DNA of 58,420 nucleotides from Chloroflexota bacterium (GTDB taxonomy: Bacteria; Chloroflexota; Dehalococcoidia; UBA2247; JAUWOP01): positions 1-58,420 of the forward strand of contig JAUWOP010000003.1 in NCBI GenBank assembly GCA_030612045.1, written 5' to 3'. The translations under genes and the position numbers were made by a program. Positions 37,016 to 43,502 of this stretch are shown in pieces; the stretch's first letter is position 1; every line of letters starts with the position of its first letter. Under the pieces are notes generated by a model that was given only the letters and a program-made list of their open reading frames with translations, had not been told where the DNA came from and did no database searches.

Positions 37016-38344
37016 TCAGGATTGAGGGATTAATTTAGAGCCCATGTAGGGGCGTAAGGCATCGGGAATTACTATACTTCCATCTGATTGCTGATAGTTC
37101 TCCAGAAGAGCAATAATAAGCCGCGGTAATGCTACTCCTGAGCCATTGATAGTATGAGCAAATTGTGATTTAGCTCCAGCTTTGGGGCGATAGCGAATAT
37201 TAGCCCTCTTTGCCTGAAAGTCGCCGCAGTTGCTGCAGGAGCTTACCTCTAACCATTCTCTACAACCTGGTGCCCATATCTCAATATCAAAGGTCTTTTG
37301 TGAGGCAAAACCAAGTTCTGCAGTGCACAGTTGCACTACTCTATAGGGAATCTCCAGTTTCTGGCATACTTCCTCGGCATCCTTCACTAGCCTCTCTAGC
37401 TCTTCATCTGAGGTATCAGGCTCAACAACTTTATACAACTCCACCTTATCAAACTGATGCCCTCTCTTGATTCCCCGTGTGTCTCTGCCAGCAGCCATCT
37501 TCTCACGGCGGAAGCAGGCAGTATAGGCTACATAGTGGAGTGGTAGAAGTCCTGGCTCAAATATCTCTTCCCGATGAAGGTTGGTCAGTGGCACCTCAGC
37601 AGTAGGTATAAGCCAGAAGTCTTCCTCAGCATCATGGTAGAGATTGTCGGCAAATTTAGGGAGATTACCTGAGCCTACCATACACTCACCCTTGACCATG
37701 TAAGGCGGATATATCTCGGTATAGCCATGCTCTCTGGTATGAAGGTCAAGCATAAAGGAAATCAGGGCTCGCTGTAATAATGCTCCCATTCCCTTGAGTA
37801 CATAGAATCGGGTGCCAGAGAGTTTCACTCCTCTCTGAAAGTCGATTATACCCAGCGTTTCCCCTAATTCCCAGTGAGGACGAGGCGGGAAACTAAACTG
37901 TCGTGGCTCGCCCCAAGAGCGTACTAACTTATTGTCATCGTTGCTCCTGCCATAGGGGACATCAGGAGAGGGGATATTGGGCAACTCTAAAAGGAGATTC
38001 TGCAACCTCTCCCACAGTGTATCAGCCTCAGCTCTCAGAAAGTTAATCTGCTTTTTCACATTACTTCTGCTGTCTTGGCGAAGATACTCAATCTCTAGGT
38101 GCCTTGCAATGCCCTCATCCTCCGCAGAGCTTATACTAGAAAAGTCATCTCCCGATGCGAGGTGAGCACCAATCTTCTTGCTTGTCCTTTTGTGCTCCGC
38201 TTGCAATGCTTCTACCTGCTGGAGTAACCGACGATGCTGCTCATCCAGAGAAAGAATCTCTTCTAAAGGAGCACTTTCATGGCGTTTCTCCAACGCTTCC
38301 AGGACTAATTCTGGATTCTGACGAATAAATTGCAGACTAAGCAT
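37016..38344 (-). CDS. serS: seryl-tRNA synthetase
   Basis: N-terminal coiled coil and class II core (TAEVPLTN, FRRE, GSGVALPRLIIALLENYQ). 442 aa. Confidence 0.9.
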   Translation of the reverse strand: MLSLQFIRQNPELVLEALEKRHESAPLEEILSLDEQHRRLLQQVEALQAEHKRTSKKIGAHLASGDDFSSISSAEDEGIARHLEIEYLRQDSRSNVKKQINFLRAEADTLWERLQNLLLELPNIPSPDVPYGRSNDDNKLVRSWGEPRQFSFPPRPHWELGETLGIIDFQRGVKLSGTRFYVLKGMGALLQRALISFMLDLHTREHGYTEIYPPYMVKGECMVGSGNLPKFADNLYHDAEEDFWLIPTAEVPLTNLHREEIFEPGLLPLHYVAYTACFRREKMAAGRDTRGIKRGHQFDKVELYKVVEPDTSDEELERLVKDAEEVCQKLEIPYRVVQLCTAELGFASQKTFDIEIWAPGCREWLEVSSCSNCGDFQAKRANIRYRPKAGAKSQFAHTINGSGVALPRLIIALLENYQQSDGSIVIPDALRPYMGSKLIPQS

Positions 38345-38478
38345 AAACCCCTCTTCACTTTAAGTTTTCGCCGCAGAGCCCATTGAGAATACAGAGAGTT
38401 TTGCTCTTATTTGCTTTCACCTTAATAATCTCTGTATTCCCTACAGGTAGCAGAATCTTGAATCCCTTCTCACAGTAC

Positions 38479-40023
38479 TTACGCTATTTTTGACCTCAGT
38501 AATGGGAAGAGAATAACCTCCCGAATAGATTGGTGATTGGTGAGGAGCATCACCAGTCGGTCAATCCCTATTCCCAATCCTGCAGTAGGGGGCATACCAT
38601 GCTCCAGTGCTTGAAGGAAATCCTCATCGGGGAGTTCCGCTTCCTCATCACCAGCTAGCCGCTCTTCTTGTTGCTGGTGGAGGCGTTCTCGTTGCTCTAC
38701 GGGGTCATTAAGTTCTGTAAAGGCATTAGCAATCTCCATCCCGCCAGCAAAAGCCTCAAAACGCTCTACCAACTGAGGGTTGTCAATTTTCCTCTTTGCT
38801 AGAGGGGAAAGCTCCACTGGATAATCAACCAAGAAAGTAGGCTGAACTAGTGTTGGCTCCACGAAGGTAGAAATCAGCTCATCGATGAGCTTTCCTCTCC
38901 CCAAGCTTACTCCTGACCTAGAACCAGAGGTTGAGAACGGTTTCCCTCTCCCCTGTAGCAGAGCGTGAGAGCCAACTTCCACTCCCAGTTCTTGCATTTT
39001 GGTTCGCAGCGAAATTGTATCAGGATAGTCCTCAAAGTCAATCCCGCACCGCTCTTTAATTGCCTGACGAAGGGAGATACGTTGCCAAGGGGGAGAGAGT
39101 TCAATGGTATCCTCTCCAAACTTTACCTGGGTAGTTCCCAGAACTTCCTGTGCCACGCAACTGACCATTTCCTCTACCATCTTCATTACATCATAGTAGT
39201 CTGCGTAAGCCTCGTAGCTTTCTAGTGTAGTGAATTCGGGATTGTGCTTAGTAGAGATACCTTCATTACGAAAGATTCGCCCAATCTCGTATACCTTATC
39301 AAAGTTACCTACTATCAGCCGCTTAAGGTGTAGCTCTGTGGCAATACGCAGATAGAGGTCCTGATTCAAGGCATTGTGATGTGTAACAAAAGGACGAGCC
39401 ATTGCTCCACCTGCTGAAGAGTGTAAAATTGGGGTCTCTACCTCTAGAAACCCCCGCTCATCAAGGAAATGCCGTATCGTGGTAATTATACGGCTACGCA
39501 TCTGAAAAGTCTCACGCACCCCCTGGGTGGATATTAGATCGAGATAACGTTGACGATAACGCTTCTCAACATCAACCAACCCATGCCACTTCTCGGGTAG
39601 TGGCTGAAGAGCCTTAGCAAGCATCATAAAGTCAGATACTCTCAGACTAATTTCCCCGCGGTGAGTTCTGAAAAGATACCCGCTTACCCCTATGAAGTCG
39701 CCAAGGTCATAGTCCTGTAACAGAGATTTGTAGTTATCTCCCCCCACTTCATCACTCCTGAAATATACCTGAATTTTGCCTGACCCATCCCGCAGGTCTA
39801 TGAAAACTGCCTTACCCATATGCCGAGAAGCAACAATACGACCGGCGAGATGCAATAAATTATCTTCTGTCCCCGATTCCCCCATTTGAGTAAAAAGTCT
39901 CAACACCTCCTCTATGGTATGGCTACGATGATAGTGAGCTGGGTAAACATCTATTCCCTGCTCCCTGAGGTGTTGCGCCCTTTCTCTACGCTGCTGAATC
40001 ATGTCTTCCAGATTTGTTGTCAT
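38479..40023 (-). CDS. lysS: lysyl-tRNA synthetase, class II
   Basis: OB-fold N-domain, FLEVETPIL, FRNEG, GLGIGIDRLVMLL. 514 aa. Contains a 17-aa in-frame insertion (see 38891..38953). Confidence 0.9.
   Translation of the reverse strand: MTTNLEDMIQQRRERAQHLREQGIDVYPAHYHRSHTIEEVLRLFTQMGESGTEDNLLHLAGRIVASRHMGKAVFIDLRDGSGKIQVYFRSDEVGGDNYKSLLQDYDLGDFIGVSGYLFRTHRGEISLRVSDFMMLAKALQPLPEKWHGLVDVEKRYRQRYLDLISTQGVRETFQMRSRIITTIRHFLDERGFLEVETPILHSSAGGAMARPFVTHHNALNQDLYLRIATELHLKRLIVGNFDKVYEIGRIFRNEGISTKHNPEFTTLESYEAYADYYDVMKMVEEMVSCVAQEVLGTTQVKFGEDTIELSPPWQRISLRQAIKERCGIDFEDYPDTISLRTKMQELGVEVGSHALLQGRGKPFSTSGSRSGVSLGRGKLIDELISTFVEPTLVQPTFLVDYPVELSPLAKRKIDNPQLVERFEAFAGGMEIANAFTELNDPVEQRERLHQQQEERLAGDEEAELPDEDFLQALEHGMPPTAGLGIGIDRLVMLLTNHQSIREVILFPLLRSKIA
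38891..38953. repeat. 12/13-nt direct repeat bracketing a 51-nt in-frame insertion in lysS
   Basis: TTTCCTCTCCCC (38891..38902) and TTTCCCTCTCCCC (38941..38953). The minus strand reads GRGK-PFSTSGSRSGVSL-GRGK where LysS normally has a single G.GK(I/L).E segment. Confidence 0.55.
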
Positions 40024-40034
40024 CAGTCACTCGC

Positions 40035-40691
40035 TCAGATTGAAAGCTGTGATACAACCTCACCAAGGTGGAAGATTGTATTATCACCCCTTATTTTACC
40101 CTCTCTATCAAGATAAAAGGCTCTAATGCCCGCCTTCTGTGGAATAGTGAAATCAAAGTCCCAGCTATCCCCGATATGAATCATTTCCTGAGGTGCAGTT
40201 CCCATGTTGTGACATATCTCAAGAAATAGCTCGGCTCTCTTGAGACTATTAAAATCAGAGATAGTGGAGATTATCCTCATAAAGTATTGTTTGATATTCT
40301 CCATTAGAAGGTCAAGAAATTCTCTGGCAGAGTTGGAGACTACAATTAACTGATACTGCTGGCTCAAGGTATGAAGTACCTGATGAACCTCAGGGTAGTA
40401 CTCTATCTCGTGCTCATATTGAAGTAGTAGCTTATGAGGATCCCCAAGCCTGAATCGGCAAAACCAGTAATTAATATCATACCACTCTTTTCTCTGGTTG
40501 CCTACCTCATTGTAGGCATCAAATACCTCTTGCTTTGCCTGTGCCATGCTTATATCTCTGCTGCGAGCATATAGTGCAGGGATTGCCTCATGCCATATTG
40601 AATTACTAAACTGAGGGGTTACCAGAGTTCCCTCAGCATCAAAGGATATTATCTTAGGCTGTGTGACTTCTAAGGGAATTATCCTATCCAT
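40035..40691 (-). CDS. HAD-superfamily hydrolase
   Basis: Motif I-like ISFDAEGTLV (Glu at the D+2 position), VVSNS, IGDSWDFD. Probable start MDRIIPLE (the track ORF extends to 40751). Confidence 0.7.
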   Translation of the reverse strand: MDRIIPLEVTQPKIISFDAEGTLVTPQFSNSIWHEAIPALYARSRDISMAQAKQEVFDAYNEVGNQRKEWYDINYWFCRFRLGDPHKLLLQYEHEIEYYPEVHQVLHTLSQQYQLIVVSNSAREFLDLLMENIKQYFMRIISTISDFNSLKRAELFLEICHNMGTAPQEMIHIGDSWDFDFTIPQKAGIRAFYLDREGKIRGDNTIFHLGEVVSQLSI

Positions 40692-40906
40692 AAAACCCCT
40701 CTTGCCATTCATCATGGGGGCTGTTGCGTTCTCTAAGATTAGAAAGACCAAATATACTGCGTTATGATTAGGAGAAGGAAGTATACCACTCTATCCCTCT
40801 GGAGACAATGCCATGTACTCGTTCAATACATCAGTGACACATCACCTCCCTTCTCCGATTTTGTTGATAGCATTCCAGGAACTCCTTTGGTGTGAGATAT
40901 CCCAAT

Positions 40907-41190
40907 TTTTGGGCACTCACAACAGTTCATCCTCTTTCTCAGCAAGGGGAGTCCACGAAGGACTCCCCTGCAATGACTATCATTAGAGCCGTTCCCCTCA
41001 CCTCCCCATAACAGGCAGTTGGTCTACACAGGCACAATAAAGGAGCTGATGCCCGCCCAATTGAGGAAAGATATTGAGGCAGCATCGCCTAGCTGGCTGC
41101 CTATCGCGCTGAACTTCAGGTTAGGGTTAGCCTTATGTGCCTCGGTAATGGCATCAGTAATAAGCACACCCACCCCCTCTACATCAAGGA
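40907..41190. repeat. direct repeat copy A of the ppdK 3' end plus downstream sequence
   Basis: About 284 nt, collinear with 43220..43502. I counted 22 mismatches and no indels (about 92% identity). Confidence 0.85.
41024..41190 (-). pseudogene. orphan 3' fragment of ppdK (last about 55 codons)
   Basis: Part of repeat copy A. The TAG at 41024 corresponds to the real ppdK stop at 43337. No upstream gene body. Confidence 0.8.
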
Positions 41191-41239
41191 TATCACCCTC
41201 CTCGATATTCAGGGTCTGGCAAACAGACTGGGGTAAGGA

Positions 41240-41481
41240 TTACCTTTTCAGAGGATTTTCTATCTCCTCATTGCTAAAGTCGAACTCTCTAAATATTCTG
41301 AGGACATATACTGGAGAAAGTTCTTTGTCCCCATATCAATCGGCACAACCTTTTTCTTGCCGGCTACATAACGGATGTAAAGACGATGGTCGCCTTTTCC
41401 CTCACGATAGAATCGACAGCCACATTTCTCCAGAATTTCAATAAGTTGCCGAGGCTTAAGTGCCGGAATATTTTTAGGCAT
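41240..41481 (-). pseudogene. hicA: HicA-family toxin, probable frameshift at a G4/C4 run near the C-terminus
   Basis: MPKNIPALKPRQLIEILEKCGCRFYREGKGDHRLY...VVPIDMG. After the run at 41339..41342 the track frame gives a non-HicA tail. The +1 frame gives DKELSPVYVLRIFREFDFSNEEIENPLKR* (stop at 41240), which fits the HicA C-terminal pattern. Confidence 0.55.
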
Positions 41482-41740
41482 ATAAAGTTCTCAGCTCCAA
41501 AGGTTCGGAGATAACTTTTGCCTCTTCAATGGTCAGGAAATCATGCAGATCCTTGATAGAGACTGGTGCAGTATAAATATCAGGTTCCTCTCGCCGCACC
41601 AGTTCAAAGGAAGAGACAGCCTCCTTTAATTTTTCAATCGCAACTTCTTTTGTCTCTCCCTGACCAACCAGCCCATTTTCAAGGCAGAGAGCAACCCAGT
41701 AGCCACCACTTTCCCTTAAGATAACAGTATAAAAATCAAT
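41474..41740 (-). CDS. hicB: HicB-family antitoxin, no canonical start codon (ATT candidate)
   Basis: (I)DFYTVILRESGGYWVALCLENGLVGQGETKEVAIEKLKEAVSSFEL... 88 codons. The stop overlaps the hicA ATG by 8 nt (ATGCCTAA). GGAGG lies 8 nt upstream of ATT 41740. The nearby ATG 41747 is out of frame and 1 nt from the SD. Absent from the ORF track. Confidence 0.6.
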   Translation of the reverse strand: MDFYTVILRESGGYWVALCLENGLVGQGETKEVAIEKLKEAVSSFELVRREEPDIYTAPVSIKDLHDFLTIEEAKVISEPLELRTLYA

Positions 41741-41776
41741 TTCTCATACCTCCGGCTATTAATTATTTAGTAACTG

Positions 41777-42052
41777 CTCAGCCACAGAGGACACCGAGGG
41801 ATTCTTATAACACTTTCCGTATTGAGGGCAGAGGAAAAGGATTCCTTCACACCTCAAAATCAATTACTGGACTGAGTAGTTACATTACTTGTAACCGTTC
41901 ACCAGCAGTGTTATCCGTTCACCCTGAGCCACATCGAAGCCTGCCGTGAGCTTGCCGAACGGGGTCGTTCATGCTTCGATGCTTCGACAAGCTCAGCATC
42001 AGCACGAACGGTTTAAGTAGCCTCACTGAAGGATTCATGGTGAACAGTTACC
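41777..42052. repeat. composite repeat block (family-C terminus, GTAACCGTTCAC modules, family-E GTTCACCCTGAGC...GCTCAGC...GAACGG element)
   Basis: CTCAGCCACAGAGGACACCGAG, GTAACCGTTCACC, CCGTTCACCCTGAGCCACATCGAAGC...CTTCGACAAGCTCAGCATCAGCACGAACGG, GTGAACAGTTACC. Confidence 0.55.
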
Positions 42053-42123
42053 TCCGTTGCCTCCTCGGTTGATTCTATATCCTTCATCCACTTTTCTCTC
42101 TGTCCTCCGAGACCCTTTTCAGG

Positions 42124-42345
42124 CTAGGCGGGCGCCTCTTCTAAAGGGAAATTCTCTATGCTGACATTCAGAAGCTCGGCTAATCCAAGTCGCTCTGTAG
42201 CATCCAGAATCTCGATCCCCACGATGTGCCCATCCTCTCCCATATCAACGGTAACACCTTCCTCAATGTCCCTAGAATCGACTATAGGGGCTTCCCGCAG
42301 CTTTATATATAGAGCGTTACTACTTTTGGTGTACTCAATTCGCAT
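42124..42345 (-). CDS. DUF2283-family protein (orphan putative antitoxin)
   Basis: MRIEYTKSSNALYIKLREAP...HIVGIEILDATERL. Paralog of 13201..13407. GGAGGG RBS. No intact DUF4258 partner upstream. Confidence 0.6.
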   Translation of the reverse strand: MRIEYTKSSNALYIKLREAPIVDSRDIEEGVTVDMGEDGHIVGIEILDATERLGLAELLNVSIENFPLEEAPA

Positions 42346-42480
42346 CTTCCCTCCTTCTCCTTTCGAAGGAGTTGTTCGGGGTAAGGATTCGCAGTAAATA
42401 ATCACACTGACTCATTCCTGCCACATGGTAACATCTTTGCTGACGATGTAATAGTTTGTCCAAGCTGTTCCCTTGATGTC

Positions 42481-43218
42481 TTAACCGCAAGTTCTGCTCG
42501 TGACGCGAGCATCTTCAGAAATTTCTGGTCTAAGTGTAGAGCCCAATTCCAATTCTGGTAAATCCTTAAGTTCCCACCACTCTATTAGATCAATTCTATA
42601 TTTATCACTTTTAGCGAAATCTCGTGCTTGACTGGTAAAGCCTCGTTCAGCTATTAGAATTCCCTTGGTCGCTCTTCTAGAAGTGACCACACCTAAAAGT
42701 TCCCGGGCTACTCCTACTCCTACAGTTTGCCCCCACTTCTTACATTGTATTATATATAGACTCCTATATAACACATCCTCCGAGCACGCTGTCAAATCTA
42801 TACCCCCATCCGGTCCCCTCCCAGTCTCAGTAACCTTATAGCCTAAATTTCCTAGTAATTTTCCCAATTTGTCTTTCACTCGGTCCTCAAAATCATGCCA
42901 ATCATCGCAACCTAAAAATTCCCGACCTTTTCGTGTTATCTCCCACTTATCACTTTCAAGGAGTCCTTGAGCACTATGAGCAATTAACTCGTTTTCACAA
43001 AGCGTTTCACGTCTTTTCTGAATTCGCTGTTCCCATTCCCCTACTTTTTCCTTCTTGCTCAGTTTTGGTCTTGAAAGAGGTTCAGCCACCAACTCATATA
43101 GCTTCTCTATTGTCACCCCATGATGCCCCTCCGATGCAATCCCATGAAGTAAATGGGTTTTTTCAAACCTCTTAATCTTTGGGGGTGACTTTCTCACTTT
43201 TTCTAATTTACCATTCAT
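42481..43218 (-). CDS. Mrr-like restriction endonuclease domain protein
   Basis: DFEDRVKDKL...GRGPDGGIDLTA...YIIQCKKW...GVGVARELLGV...GILIAERGFTSQA is the Mrr_cat pattern (D...D/E-x-K as (Q)CK). The N-terminal half is winged-helix-like. Probable ATG at 43218. Confidence 0.75.
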   Translation of the reverse strand: MNGKLEKVRKSPPKIKRFEKTHLLHGIASEGHHGVTIEKLYELVAEPLSRPKLSKKEKVGEWEQRIQKRRETLCENELIAHSAQGLLESDKWEITRKGREFLGCDDWHDFEDRVKDKLGKLLGNLGYKVTETGRGPDGGIDLTACSEDVLYRSLYIIQCKKWGQTVGVGVARELLGVVTSRRATKGILIAERGFTSQARDFAKSDKYRIDLIEWWELKDLPELELGSTLRPEISEDARVTSRTCG

Positions 43219-43219
43219 C

Positions 43220-43502
43220 TTTTGGGCACTCACAACAGTTCATCCTATTTCTCAGCAAGGGGAGTCCATAAAGTACTCCCCTGCAATGACTATCATTAGA
43301 GCCGTTTCCCTCACATCCCCATAACAGGCAGTTGGTCTACAGAGGCACAATAAAGGAATCAATGCCTGCCCACTCGAGGAAAGATATTGAGGTAGCATCG
43401 CCTAGCTGGCTGCCTATTGCACTGAACTTCAGGTTAGGGTTAGCCTTATGTGCCTCGGTGATAGCATCAGCAATAAGCACACCTACCCCCTCTACATCGA
43501 GT
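43220..43502. repeat. direct repeat copy B (authentic ppdK 3' end and its downstream 117 nt)
   Basis: See copy A at 40907..41190. Confidence 0.85.

Noticed and set aside
38345-38478. T-box leader upstream of serS
   Set aside because: The spacer is only 134 nt and lacks a specifier-loop / T-box sequence. The 11-bp inverted repeat GAATACAGAGA/TCTCTGTATTC resembles the family-C repeat termini.
41019-41444. 141-aa plus-strand ORF, and its twin at 43332..43613
   Set aside because: Both are antisense readings of the duplicated ppdK 3' end. Their mutual similarity simply reflects the 284-bp direct repeat.
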